A stretch of DNA of 64,000 bases from Candidatus Cloacimonadota bacterium (GTDB lineage Bacteria; Cloacimonadota; Cloacimonadia; JGIOTU-2): NCBI GenBank assembly GCA_016932035.1, contig JAFGDR010000023.1:9775-73774 (forward strand). The letters run 5' to 3'. Below the pieces are notes generated by a model. The model made no database searches and was not told the DNA's origin. It saw only the letters and a program-made list of their open reading frames with translations. Of the stretch, positions 40,311-50,269 are shown in pieces. A program made the position numbers and the translations under genes. The first letter of the stretch is position 1. Each line of letters starts with the position of its first letter.

Positions 40311-40706
40311 ATGAAAAAAATAAGAATATTGATTGCAAAACCTGGTCTTGATGGTCATGATAGAGGTGCAAAATTCGTGTCCCGAGCGCTCAGAGATGCA
40401 GGATATGAAGTTATTTATACAGGTATTCGGCAAACCCCTGAACAGATCGTAGCATCAGCTATTCAGGAAGATGTGGATTTTCTTGGAATGAGCATACTCT
40501 CTGGGGCGCATAATGTCCTCTTTAAAAAAATCATGAGCATTCTCAAAAAGGAAGATGCTGAAGATATTATAGTTTTTGCCGGTGGTGTCATACCTGATGA
40601 AGATATTCCATATTTAAAATCACTCGGCATTAGAGCAATATTTACTCCAGGAACATCTTCAGAAGACATTATTCGATTCATAGAAGAGAACGCAACAAAA
40701 GCATAG
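40311..40706 (+). CDS. Methylmalonyl-CoA mutase B12-binding small subunit
   Basis: Cobalamin-binding Rossmann domain with DxHxxG ([11 protein letters not shown]) and GMSILSGAH motifs. AGAGGA RBS. Confidence 0.8.
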   Translation: MKKIRILIAKPGLDGHDRGAKFVSRALRDAGYEVIYTGIRQTPEQIVASAIQEDVDFLGMSILSGAHNVLFKKIMSILKKEDAEDIIVFAGGVIPDEDIPYLKSLGIRAIFTPGTSSEDIIRFIEENATKA

Positions 40707-40718
40707 ATAGGAGATCAC

Positions 40719-42098
40719 ATGGCAAAATATCCTGTTGAACCTTTCAAAATTAAAATGGTAGAACCCATCAAGATCTTAAGCAAAGATCAAAGAATAAGAA
40801 AAATAAAAGAAGCTAAATACAACTTATTCAACGTGAAAGCAGAGGATATTTTCATTGACCTCCTTACGGATAGCGGTACTTCTGCGATGAGTGATTCTCA
40901 GTGGGCAGGAATAATGATGGGTGATGAATCATACGCTGGAAGCAGGAGTTTCAAGCATTTTGAAGGCACCGTTAAAAGTATTTTTGGATTCGAGAATGTT
41001 ATCCCAACACATCAAGGACGAGCTGCTGAAGCGCTTCTCTTTTCATCAATATTAAAGCCGGGTGATTATGTTCCGAGTAATATACATTTCGATACGACAG
41101 AAGGAAATATACGAAATAATGCGGGAATCCCTGTTGCCTGTGTGATCGATGAAGGACTTGATCCTGCAAGCATACATCCTTTTAAAGGAAATATTGACCT
41201 GAATAAACTTCAAAAACTTGTGGATGAAGTTGGTGTAGACAAAATCCCAATTGCAATGATAACGATCACAAACAATAGTGGTGGTGGTCAGCCGGTTTCT
41301 CTGGAAAATATCAAGCAGGTATATTCCTTTTGGAAAAAATATAATATTCCTCTTTTCATCGACGCATGTAGATATGCCGAAAATGCCTATTTCATCAAAA
41401 TGAGAGAGAAGGGATATGAGAATAAAACCATTAAGTATATTGCACAAGAGATCTTTGCACATGCAGATGGTGCAACAATGTCAGCAAAAAAGGATGCTCT
41501 TGTTAATATTGGCGGTTTTATCACACTCCGAGACAGCGAGTTAGCAAAAAAACTTATCAGCAGGCTTATTATAACTGAAGGTTTCAGAACCTATGGCGGA
41601 TTGTCGGGTCGTGATCTTGAAGCAGTAGCTATCGGTTTGAAAGAGGGTTTAAATGAGGATTACCTGAAATACAGGATCGAACAAACAGCCTATCTTGGCG
41701 AAAGCTTGCTCGAGAATGGTATACCGATTGTTCAACCTCCGGGGGGTCATGCGATCTATCTTGATGCACTATCTATTTTACCGAATATTCCACAGAAGCA
41801 TTTTCCAGCACAATCACTCGCAGTTGCTCTCTATATTGAGGGTGGGATACGCGGAGTGGAGATTGGAAGTTTGATGTTTGCTTATGCTGATGAAAAAACG
41901 GGAAAAACAGTGTATCCTGACCTTGAGCTTGTTCGTCTTGCAATTCCTCGTCGCGTATACACAAGAGCACATTTTGACTATGTTGTCGAAACGCTGAAAA
42001 AGGTCATGGATAACAAAGATAAGCTCAAAGGATTTAAAATAACATATCAACCAGAGTTACTCAGACATTTTACTGTCGAGTTAGAAGAAAATTCTTAG
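40719..42098 (+). CDS. Beta-eliminating lyase: tryptophanase / tyrosine phenol-lyase family
   Basis: Highly similar to TnaA/TPL (EPFKIKMVEP, DLLTDSGTSAMSDSQWAGIMMGDESYAGS, PTHQGRAAE, PLP-lysine region MSAKKDALVNIGG, RLAIPRRVYT). The N-terminal block resembles tyrosine phenol-lyase slightly more than E. coli TnaA; specificity is undetermined. Confidence 0.8.
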   Translation: MAKYPVEPFKIKMVEPIKILSKDQRIRKIKEAKYNLFNVKAEDIFIDLLTDSGTSAMSDSQWAGIMMGDESYAGSRSFKHFEGTVKSIFGFENVIPTHQGRAAEALLFSSILKPGDYVPSNIHFDTTEGNIRNNAGIPVACVIDEGLDPASIHPFKGNIDLNKLQKLVDEVGVDKIPIAMITITNNSGGGQPVSLENIKQVYSFWKKYNIPLFIDACRYAENAYFIKMREKGYENKTIKYIAQEIFAHADGATMSAKKDALVNIGGFITLRDSELAKKLISRLIITEGFRTYGGLSGRDLEAVAIGLKEGLNEDYLKYRIEQTAYLGESLLENGIPIVQPPGGHAIYLDALSILPNIPQKHFPAQSLAVALYIEGGIRGVEIGSLMFAYADEKTGKTVYPDLELVRLAIPRRVYTRAHFDYVVETLKKVMDNKDKLKGFKITYQPELLRHFTVELEENS

Positions 42099-42105
42099 GA
42101 TTAAT

Positions 42106-43335
42106 ATGGGAAAAACAATCATTGAAAAAATAATTCAGATGCATTCAGATGAAGATGTATCAGCAGGCAAGATCGTCTGGATGAAGCTGGATGTGCGGAC
42201 TGCTCGCGATTTTGGCGGTCCGAATGTTGTGAAAAATTTAGAAAAGCATTATCCTGACGCAGAACTTCCAGATAAAGATAATGTGTTCTTCACATTTGAT
42301 ACGGTTGCACCCGCAAAAACCATTCCTTATGCTAATAATCAGCAGATTTGCCGTGATTATGCAAAAAAGAATGGTCTTAAGGTGTATGATGTCGATGCAG
42401 GAATCGGTACACATATTCTTATGGAAAAAGGCTTTGCTCAGCCTGGGAGAACCCTTGTGGGAACAGACAGTCATTTCAACATACTCGGTGCTGTTAATGC
42501 GTTTGGACAAGGTATGGGAGATCAGGATATTGCATTTGGTTTTAGAACGGGTAAAACCTGGTTTGAAGTACCTGAAACAATAAAGATAAATCTTAACGGC
42601 AAATTCTCCTATCCTTCCACAGGGAAGGACCTTGTGCTATTCATTCTCAAGAGAATCGGCAGCAAGGGGGCACTTGGAAAGTGTATTGAATATTATGGAG
42701 ATTGTCTGCAGGATTTAAGTTTTGCTGAGTATATTACTCTTTGTAGCATGATGACAGAAATGGGCGGCATCGTTGCATTTCCTGAACAAAATCCTCATGT
42801 CTCACAATGGCTTCTTGAAAGAACTGGTGAAGATCAGAATTTCATCACAGCTGATGAGGATGCCATATACTCGGATGAGATTGACATCGATGTAACAGAT
42901 CTTCAACCCCAAATAGCATGTCCTCCAAAACCAGATAACGTTAAGAACGTTTCAGAACTCAAAGGACTCAAAGTCGGATCTGTTTTTGTCGGTTCCTGTA
43001 CAAACGGACGAATCGAGGATATGAGATATCTGGCAGATATTCTCAAAGGAAACCATGTTGCTGATGGAATAATGCTCCGAGTAGTTCCTGCAACGCGGGA
43101 AGTATATGGGCAAATGCTCCAAGAAGGTTTGATAGAAGCCCTTTTTCAGGCAGGAGCGATCGTCTCTAATCCGGGATGTGGAGGATGCGCCTCCGGACAA
43201 ATTGGAATGACTGGAAAAGGTGAAGTCCAAATTTCCACTTCAAATAGAAATTTCAAAGGCAAGCAGGGTGATGGAGAAACATATCTGGCAAGTCCTATCA
43301 CTGCTGCATTTGCTGCAATCAAAGGAGAACTATAA
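42106..43335 (+). CDS. Aconitase-family hydro-lyase large subunit, archaeal-type LeuC/HACN-like
   Basis: 409 aa. MGKTIIEKII.MHS, GTDSHF, and Cys ligand region VGSCTNGRIED...NPGCGGCASGQIGM. Confidence 0.75.
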   Translation: MGKTIIEKIIQMHSDEDVSAGKIVWMKLDVRTARDFGGPNVVKNLEKHYPDAELPDKDNVFFTFDTVAPAKTIPYANNQQICRDYAKKNGLKVYDVDAGIGTHILMEKGFAQPGRTLVGTDSHFNILGAVNAFGQGMGDQDIAFGFRTGKTWFEVPETIKINLNGKFSYPSTGKDLVLFILKRIGSKGALGKCIEYYGDCLQDLSFAEYITLCSMMTEMGGIVAFPEQNPHVSQWLLERTGEDQNFITADEDAIYSDEIDIDVTDLQPQIACPPKPDNVKNVSELKGLKVGSVFVGSCTNGRIEDMRYLADILKGNHVADGIMLRVVPATREVYGQMLQEGLIEALFQAGAIVSNPGCGGCASGQIGMTGKGEVQISTSNRNFKGKQGDGETYLASPITAAFAAIKGEL

Positions 43336-43344
43336 CGTACTACT

Positions 43345-44571
43345 ATGAAGAACCTGTTTTTGCTCTTGCTACTGGTTGTCATTTTGATCACATGTACTCA
43401 TCAGGAAGAATTAATAGAGATAGAACCTCCTGATCCGTATGAGCATGTAATTGGTAGACTGAAAACCGGAAAGTCTTTATACTCAGTTCTTTTAGATAAT
43501 AATGTATCATATCAGGATGCATACAAGATCACCAAAGAACTTAACTCTATATATGACCTGAGATATTCACATCCTAATGACAGTTTTCATTTAAAAATTG
43601 ATACGCTTGGAATTGTTCAGGTAATTGAGTATTCACCTAATAAGATTGAAAAATATATTGTTGCACGTGATTCGACTGATGAATTCGAAGTATTCCATGA
43701 AAAGCTCGTACTCGAAAAAGAGGTTAAGCTTCTTACAACGATACTGAAATCTTCATTATACGAAACACTGATCAATGGGGGACTTGATCCTCAGCTCGTT
43801 ATGAAGTTCAGCGATATTTTTCAATGGGATATCGACTTTTTTATAGATCCTCGAGAAGGGGATACCTGCTCGATTGTATATGAAGCATACAGTCATGATG
43901 GAGAAATTTTACAGTATGGTGAGATTTTAGGTGCTTCATATAAAGGGAAATTATTTGATCTGACTGCGTATTATTTTGATAATGGGAATAACATTCATGG
44001 CTATTATAATGAGTATGGTGAATCATTTCAAAAAGCATTTCTCCGTTCACCACTAAATTATTCTTTTATCAGCTCATATTTCGGTATGCGCCTGCACCCG
44101 ATAACAAAGCAGGTCTGGCTGCACAATGGCGTGGATTATGCTGCCCCTCTCGGTACGCCTGTAGCAAGCTCTGCAGATGGAACGGTCATTCATAAAGGGT
44201 GGAAGGGTGGTCATCCAACACCAAAGGGGAATACTGGCGGATATGGTTATACGGTTATGATACGGCATTCGAATGGCTATAAAACGCTTTACGGTCATTT
44301 GAGTTCGTATGCTAAGAATCTCTACGTAGGAAAACGGGTTGTTCAAGGTGAAATAATCGGTTATGTCGGCTCAACAGGATGGTCAACAGGACCGCATCTT
44401 CATTATACGATCTATCATCATGATGCTCCCATCAATCCTTTGTCACTCAATAATGTTTCAGGACCTCCTATTCCGAAAGAATATATCGATACATTTAATG
44501 AATCCGTTCATAACATTAATACACTTCTCGAACAATCCAACAAAACATTTTTGCAATCAATTTTCGGTTGA
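43345..44571 (+). CDS. M23 family metallopeptidase, probable lipoprotein
   Basis: Lipobox-like LLLVVILITC. C-terminal LytM motifs (HNGVDYAAPLGTPV, GYGYTVMIRHSNGY, GSTGWSTGPHLHY). N-terminal OapA/Csd3-like region. It ends with a TGA stop. Confidence 0.75.
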   Translation: MKNLFLLLLLVVILITCTHQEELIEIEPPDPYEHVIGRLKTGKSLYSVLLDNNVSYQDAYKITKELNSIYDLRYSHPNDSFHLKIDTLGIVQVIEYSPNKIEKYIVARDSTDEFEVFHEKLVLEKEVKLLTTILKSSLYETLINGGLDPQLVMKFSDIFQWDIDFFIDPREGDTCSIVYEAYSHDGEILQYGEILGASYKGKLFDLTAYYFDNGNNIHGYYNEYGESFQKAFLRSPLNYSFISSYFGMRLHPITKQVWLHNGVDYAAPLGTPVASSADGTVIHKGWKGGHPTPKGNTGGYGYTVMIRHSNGYKTLYGHLSSYAKNLYVGKRVVQGEIIGYVGSTGWSTGPHLHYTIYHHDAPINPLSLNNVSGPPIPKEYIDTFNESVHNINTLLEQSNKTFLQSIFG

Positions 44572-44659
44572 TTTAAATAAGTTTGTATATTATATGGTCC
44601 AAAGGATTTATTCAGCAAAAAATTTGACAGTTTAAATGGAGTAGCACGTTTTATCTATA

Positions 44660-45184
44660 ATGCAAAAAGACTGTAAAATAACCGGCAAAATTTGGCTTAT
44701 ACTCGATCAAAACAATCATCTTATTAATGATATCGACACTGATATGATCTTTCACAATCAATACCTAGCGATCACTGAAATCGAAAAAATGGGACAATAT
44801 ACGTTTGACAATCTTGAAGGTTGGAAGGATTTTGCAGCTAAAGCAGTAAAAGGTGATATTGTTATTGCTGGAAAAAACTTCGGTGCCGGATCATCACGGC
44901 AACAAGCTGTTGACTGTTTTGCTTCTCTCGGCATTCAAGCTATACTCGCTGAATCATTTGGTGCAATTTATAAAAGAAATGCCATCAATTCCGGGTTGCC
45001 AATTTTAACAATTACACACATCGAACTTGATAACCTTTCTCAACGACGCGAAATCACCCTTGATCTTGAGAAAGGTATTGTTTCGACTCCATATATTCAA
45101 ATAGAACCTTTTTCAAAAGTTCAGTTTGATATTTATCAGGCAGGTAATTTATTTACTTTCGGAAAACAAGTAATTAATAAATAA
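44660..45184 (+). CDS. Aconitase-family hydro-lyase small subunit (LeuD-like swivel domain)
   Basis: 174 aa with GKIW.L.D...IDTDMI and GKNFGAGSSRQQA motifs, typical of the archaeal-type LeuD/HACN small subunit. Confidence 0.7.
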   Translation: MQKDCKITGKIWLILDQNNHLINDIDTDMIFHNQYLAITEIEKMGQYTFDNLEGWKDFAAKAVKGDIVIAGKNFGAGSSRQQAVDCFASLGIQAILAESFGAIYKRNAINSGLPILTITHIELDNLSQRREITLDLEKGIVSTPYIQIEPFSKVQFDIYQAGNLFTFGKQVINK

Positions 45185-45212
45185 AAAAAATACAAAGAAA
45201 GGAGCAACAAAA

Positions 45213-48017
45213 GTGAAAGTTTCTAGGAAATTTGGACTATTGCTTTTGATGTTCACGCTGTTATTCATAAGTTCAGCATTCGGGAAGATGTTGCCCAATA
45301 ATGAACCTGTTGAAGGATTGAAAGTTGAAGATGTTCCTCATGATGATGGCGGAGGACTTGTTCTGAGTTGGAAACCTTTGCCCAAAGAGAAACGCATCAT
45401 TGAATATCGCATTTACCGCGGATATACTCCAGATAGCTTATTCTATATCGGAAAAATACCTGTTGATTCCAAAACCGGTGTTGCCTCCGATACAATGAAG
45501 TATGTAGACCAGGGCTGGACATTTTTTGTTGATGCCACTTCTCCAGCAAAGTTAAGGCACGAAAAAGGACAAAAGAAAGGAACAAAAGGTGCGGAAGTAC
45601 TCTATCGAACGATGCCCCGTGACATGAAAGTGTATGGTCCCGTGATGGATCACTACCGCATGCTTGCTGTTATTCCTGATAATGAATATGTCTATCACAC
45701 GAAGATGAGAGAATTTACCGATGTTGATACAACTGAAGATGGAACGATTGATACGACATCGACCATCCTTGCCGGCATGAAATTACAGCAGGTAAAGTAT
45801 ATTCTCACAAAATTAACAGTAGGGAAAGATTATTTTTATGCGATTCAGGCATTAAACATGAACCGTACAGCTTCTCCACTTTCTGCTATTGTAAGTGGAA
45901 AAACTACTGATGATCCCCCTGAAAAACTTGAAGAATTCTATGCTGTTGCTGTTACAGATAAAGAGCAGATGCAGTTCGAATGGACATTACCAGTTTTTGC
46001 AGATGATCAAAAACAATTTAATATCTATCTCTATGATGAGTTTGATGATAAGCATCTCATCTTTACAAGACCTGATGCTTATCCGTATACACCTCAAACA
46101 AATGCAATCGTTCCTTATGATTCTATTGCAGTACGGTATGATGCATTTAATCCGGCAAATATGAAATGGTATCGATTCAATATCGGAGAGCAGGATAGAC
46201 AAGATCAGGAAACTCTAGCAAAGGATGAACCTATTCCAGCAGAGATTATTACCTCTTCAATGCTTCCTGTCCCGCCTGTTCATTTTACTGTAAAAGATCA
46301 ACCTAATGACAAGGGTGATCAGATGCAGGTATACTTTGGATATCCCTATTTTGGACTTTCAAAGTTAGTATACAATGATGCCTTTACCAAACTCACCGTG
46401 AACTATTTCATCACAGATAATACAATGTATGAAGTTGACCGTTTGATCTTAACGATCAATGGTAAAACCAAAACAGAATACGTGCTTGATAATAAACTCG
46501 ATTTTAAGGTGAACTGGGATTACACACAGCCCATGAAAATTAGAGGAACGTTTGTGTGTAAACACAAAGGACAGGAACCTTTACCAGAAGACTATGCTGT
46601 GACTCATACCTTTTCTTTCGATACAAACATGCAGCTTGTTTTGATCGACACTCCACCAAACGAACAAATGAAAGAAATGGTGGATTATTACTATCAAGTA
46701 TATAAGATAAACCATGTTAGCGATGTGTATCGATATGCAAAGGAAATGTCTTTCAGAGAAAGAGAATATATCGATAAAATAGCTTTTGCAACTGTTCAGT
46801 TTAGAGGACGACCCCGGTTCGATCTTAATGAAAAACGATTATATTTCAGTACATATCTCGCAATTGTCAATTATGAAGATCAATATCCCTATTATACACA
46901 GGCCTTGTATCTTGACCAGCTTCATCAACAGGATGAAGAGCTGAAAGAAGAAATTGCGAAACTTCAAACTGAACTTGAAACTGAAACAGATAAAGAGGAA
47001 ATAGCTAATATTGAAGATCGAATAGATCTTTATATAAGCTATCTTGAAGATAAACCTGAGATCGTTAAGGAAGCTAATCAATTAAAAACTGACAAAGAAC
47101 GTATGAAGTTGCTGTATACAACAGCCTGTAAAGCAACACGTTCTTTCAAGTATTATATTAGAAAAACTGATGGAAAGGGACATTTTATTGATACACCTGT
47201 TTATACTGCCCCAAATGGAGAGCAATATCTCTTTCCGAAGCAGAATTGGTTCAACACAGATGAAATAATTACTCTCGTTGCAGTCCTACTTTTCGGCGCT
47301 TTGGTTTACTTCATGATCCGAGCTGCAAGAAAAGGTAAGAGATTATATATACGTCCAATCGCAGGTATTCAGGAGATTGATAATGCAATCGGTCGTGCCA
47401 CAGAAATGGGAAGACCGATATTGTTCGTTCCCGGATTGAGTGGTATCAGTGATGTGGCAACCCTCGCAGGATTGGCGATTTTGAGCAAAGTTGCGAAAAA
47501 AGCTGCAGAATATGACACAAGGATTCTTGTTCCGTGTCGCGACTTTATTGTGCTTCCAATCGCTCAGGAAACTGTTAAAGAAGCTCATTATGAAGCAGGA
47601 CGTCCCGACACTTATGACAAAAACAGCGTATTCTTCATTACCCAGGCCCAGTTTGCATTTGTGTCCGGTGTTAATGGTATCATGATCCGTGAAAAAACCG
47701 CAACGAACTTCTATATGGGTATGTTCTGGGCTGAGTCTCTTCTTATGACAGAGACAGGAAGTATGACAGGTGCTATCCAGATCGCAGGTACAGATGCGGT
47801 TAACCAGCTACCCTTCTTTATCACGACATGTGACTACACATTGATTGGTGAAGAACTGTATGCAGCGAGTGCTTATCTTTCGAAACAGCCACTCATTCTC
47901 GGTACTCTTAAAGCGCAGGATTATATGAAGCTTCTCATTGTTATCACTGTTGTAATTGGAACCCTGCTTTCAACTGTTCACCTTACGTTCTTTATGAACT
48001 GGTTCCCAGCTAAATAG
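45213..48017 (+). CDS. Large hypothetical protein: signal peptide, FN3-like modules, coiled coil, TM, ~230-aa conserved-looking domain, C-terminal TM
   Basis: GTG start with AAAGGAG RBS. Signal peptide MKVSRKFGLLLLMFTLLFISSAFG. FN3-like (GLVLSWKPLP...EYRIYRG; FYAIQALN). Coiled coil LKEEIAKLQTELETETDKEEIANIEDRIDLY. TM IITLVAVLLFGALVYFMI, then the domain YIRPIAGIQEIDNAIGRATEMGRPILFVPGLSG...TGAIQIAGTDAV, and a final TM. Confidence 0.6.
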   Translation: MKVSRKFGLLLLMFTLLFISSAFGKMLPNNEPVEGLKVEDVPHDDGGGLVLSWKPLPKEKRIIEYRIYRGYTPDSLFYIGKIPVDSKTGVASDTMKYVDQGWTFFVDATSPAKLRHEKGQKKGTKGAEVLYRTMPRDMKVYGPVMDHYRMLAVIPDNEYVYHTKMREFTDVDTTEDGTIDTTSTILAGMKLQQVKYILTKLTVGKDYFYAIQALNMNRTASPLSAIVSGKTTDDPPEKLEEFYAVAVTDKEQMQFEWTLPVFADDQKQFNIYLYDEFDDKHLIFTRPDAYPYTPQTNAIVPYDSIAVRYDAFNPANMKWYRFNIGEQDRQDQETLAKDEPIPAEIITSSMLPVPPVHFTVKDQPNDKGDQMQVYFGYPYFGLSKLVYNDAFTKLTVNYFITDNTMYEVDRLILTINGKTKTEYVLDNKLDFKVNWDYTQPMKIRGTFVCKHKGQEPLPEDYAVTHTFSFDTNMQLVLIDTPPNEQMKEMVDYYYQVYKINHVSDVYRYAKEMSFREREYIDKIAFATVQFRGRPRFDLNEKRLYFSTYLAIVNYEDQYPYYTQALYLDQLHQQDEELKEEIAKLQTELETETDKEEIANIEDRIDLYISYLEDKPEIVKEANQLKTDKERMKLLYTTACKATRSFKYYIRKTDGKGHFIDTPVYTAPNGEQYLFPKQNWFNTDEIITLVAVLLFGALVYFMIRAARKGKRLYIRPIAGIQEIDNAIGRATEMGRPILFVPGLSGISDVATLAGLAILSKVAKKAAEYDTRILVPCRDFIVLPIAQETVKEAHYEAGRPDTYDKNSVFFITQAQFAFVSGVNGIMIREKTATNFYMGMFWAESLLMTETGSMTGAIQIAGTDAVNQLPFFITTCDYTLIGEELYAASAYLSKQPLILGTLKAQDYMKLLIVITVVIGTLLSTVHLTFFMNWFPAK

Positions 48018-48031
48018 AAAGGAGTATCATA

Positions 48032-48655
48032 ATGAAAAGACAAATACCTTTAATGATAGTTTTGATACTTGGTTTACTCTTTGTTGCTCATGTATTCATT
48101 CCCAGCAAACTCTCCTCAGATTACCTCGACTGGTTCATGAAATGGACAAAAGTTATAGGTCCTTTCGCGATTGTGTTGGGTGTTTTCAGTCTTGTTCTTG
48201 TTCATTATAACAAGATTAAACGCAAAGCTCCTAACTGGGGATACAGTATAGTTACACTTGCAGCACTTGTTATAACAACCGTTGTTGGATTCGTGTGGGG
48301 CATCCAGGAAGGAACCCCCTATATGTGGATCTTTGAGAATTTCAATGTTCCGCTGGGTGCAACGATGTTCTCACTCCTCGCTTTCTACATTGCATCCGCA
48401 GCATATAAGGCGTTCAGAGCACGATCTGTTGAAGCGACCGTATTGCTTGTCGCAGCTATTATTGTGATGCTCGGACGTGTCTCGATTGGACAAGCGATAA
48501 CCCACTGGATTCCTGATATTACTGAATGGATCCTCAATGTGCCAAACCTAGCAGCCAAGCGCGGAATTGCACTTGGTGTAGGACTTGGTATGACCGCAAC
48601 ATCTCTCAAGATCATGCTTGGGATCGAGCGCTCATATCTTGGCGGAAGGGATTAA
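48032..48655 (+). CDS. Hypothetical polytopic membrane protein (about 5 TM)
   Basis: AAAGGAG RBS, 15 nt after the upstream stop. Hydrophobic helices throughout. No family recognised. Confidence 0.55.
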   Translation: MKRQIPLMIVLILGLLFVAHVFIPSKLSSDYLDWFMKWTKVIGPFAIVLGVFSLVLVHYNKIKRKAPNWGYSIVTLAALVITTVVGFVWGIQEGTPYMWIFENFNVPLGATMFSLLAFYIASAAYKAFRARSVEATVLLVAAIIVMLGRVSIGQAITHWIPDITEWILNVPNLAAKRGIALGVGLGMTATSLKIMLGIERSYLGGRD

Positions 48656-48664
48656 GGAGGTATC

Positions 48665-49618
48665 ATGAAATTTGCAGATAGCATTCAAAAATTAGATAGA
48701 AGAATCATCTATATTATTCTTGCTCTCGCAGTGATTTTACCTCTTGTTTTCCCTGTTGGATTCAAAACCTATACAACAACACCGGTCGAAGATCTATACC
48801 GTCACATCGATGCTGCAGCAGGCAGAGAAGATATGGCAATTATCATGGACTTCACGCATGATCCCGGTGTGCTGCCGGAACTTTACCCGATGGACCTTGC
48901 GATCCTGAGACATTGTTTCCAGAGAAATATCAAAGTATTCACGATATCCTTCCTTCCACAAGGCGCAGCGATCATTCAGCTTGCACTATCGGAAGTGAAA
49001 GAAGATTATCCTAATATCGAAGCTAATGTCGATTATTGCAACTTTGGATTTAAACCATGGAGTTTGAAGCTTCCTATCATGCTTGGTATGGGTGATGATA
49101 TTGCTGAAGCTGTTGAAACAAATAGTGAAGGACTAAAACTCGAGAATCTTCCTATTATGCAGGATCTTAAAAATTATGATAATATCCAGGTAGTTGTAGA
49201 AATTTCAGGTTCTTCGATGGGGCAATTCTGGGTAACGTATGCTCGCGCTAAATTCGGTGTTGATGTTGCAGTCGGTCTTACTGCTGTTATGGCTGCAGAT
49301 GTGTACCCTTTCCTTCAAACAGGACAGTTTATTGGCAGTTTGGGTGGATTGAAAGGTGCTGCTGAATACGAACAGCTCGTTGACATTTTCGCAATGAATG
49401 GTATTGAGTTCAGTAAGAAAAATGCCAGAAATATGGCATGGGTAGAAGCCCAGTATGAAGAGCTTCCTGAACTCGCAAAATTGTATAAATATAACAAAGC
49501 CCGTATCGGTATGGATGCACAGGCTATTGTTCACGTGCTCATAATCCTCTTTATCATACTTGGTAATATTGGATATTTCCTTGAAAAACGTGATCAAAAA
49601 AAGAAGTTTGGAAAATAA
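48665..49618 (+). CDS. Hypothetical membrane protein with TM-soluble domain-TM topology
   Basis: AAGGAGG RBS, 10 nt after the upstream stop. N-terminal TM IIYIILALAVILPLVF, a ~250-aa soluble domain, and C-terminal TM AIVHVLIILFIILGNIGYFL. Confidence 0.55.
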   Translation: MKFADSIQKLDRRIIYIILALAVILPLVFPVGFKTYTTTPVEDLYRHIDAAAGREDMAIIMDFTHDPGVLPELYPMDLAILRHCFQRNIKVFTISFLPQGAAIIQLALSEVKEDYPNIEANVDYCNFGFKPWSLKLPIMLGMGDDIAEAVETNSEGLKLENLPIMQDLKNYDNIQVVVEISGSSMGQFWVTYARAKFGVDVAVGLTAVMAADVYPFLQTGQFIGSLGGLKGAAEYEQLVDIFAMNGIEFSKKNARNMAWVEAQYEELPELAKLYKYNKARIGMDAQAIVHVLIILFIILGNIGYFLEKRDQKKKFGK

Positions 49619-49627
49619 GGAGTAAAC

Positions 49628-50227
49628 ATGACTGAAACAATTGGAATCTGGATTGCTGCATTTTTGACACTCTGCATGTTTTCTTTCCTGTATAAGGATA
49701 ATCCGTTCTATAAATTTGCAGAACACCTCTTCGTAGGCGTTTCAATGGGTTACTATATTCCATATACCTTCTATAATGCTTTTCTCCCATACGCATACGA
49801 ACCGCTTTTTCTCAAAAAAGATTATATCCTCATCATACCTTTCATTATCGGTATTCTGTACTGGTTTAGATTTTCATCAAAACTGAGTTGGATCAGCCGT
49901 TATCCCATTGCATTTAGCATGGGTATGGTAGGTATGGGTGTTCCCATGGGAATGCACGCAAATGTGCTTGTGCAAATGAGAAGTATGATGCTTCCACTCA
50001 ATAACATCAACATCATCTTGATCTTTGTTGGAACCATCAGTATTCTCTTGTATTTCTTCTTCTCCAAAGCACATAAAGGTGTATATGGAAAGTTTACTTC
50101 CATTGGTATCTGGTTCATGATGATCGGATTCGGTGCATCATTCGGTTATACGGTGATGGCTCGTATCTCACTCCTCATTGGACGAGTACAATTCCTGCTT
50201 GGTGACTGGTTAGGATTGATCAAATAA
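49628..50227 (+). CDS. Hypothetical polytopic membrane protein (about 5 TM)
   Basis: AAGGAG RBS, 10 nt after the upstream stop. Rich in aromatic residues and Met. No family recognised. Confidence 0.55.
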   Translation: MTETIGIWIAAFLTLCMFSFLYKDNPFYKFAEHLFVGVSMGYYIPYTFYNAFLPYAYEPLFLKKDYILIIPFIIGILYWFRFSSKLSWISRYPIAFSMGMVGMGVPMGMHANVLVQMRSMMLPLNNINIILIFVGTISILLYFFFSKAHKGVYGKFTSIGIWFMMIGFGASFGYTVMARISLLIGRVQFLLGDWLGLIK

Positions 50228-50269
50228 TTTGCGCAATCAACAAAAGCACAAAGATTATGATGTGATGTC

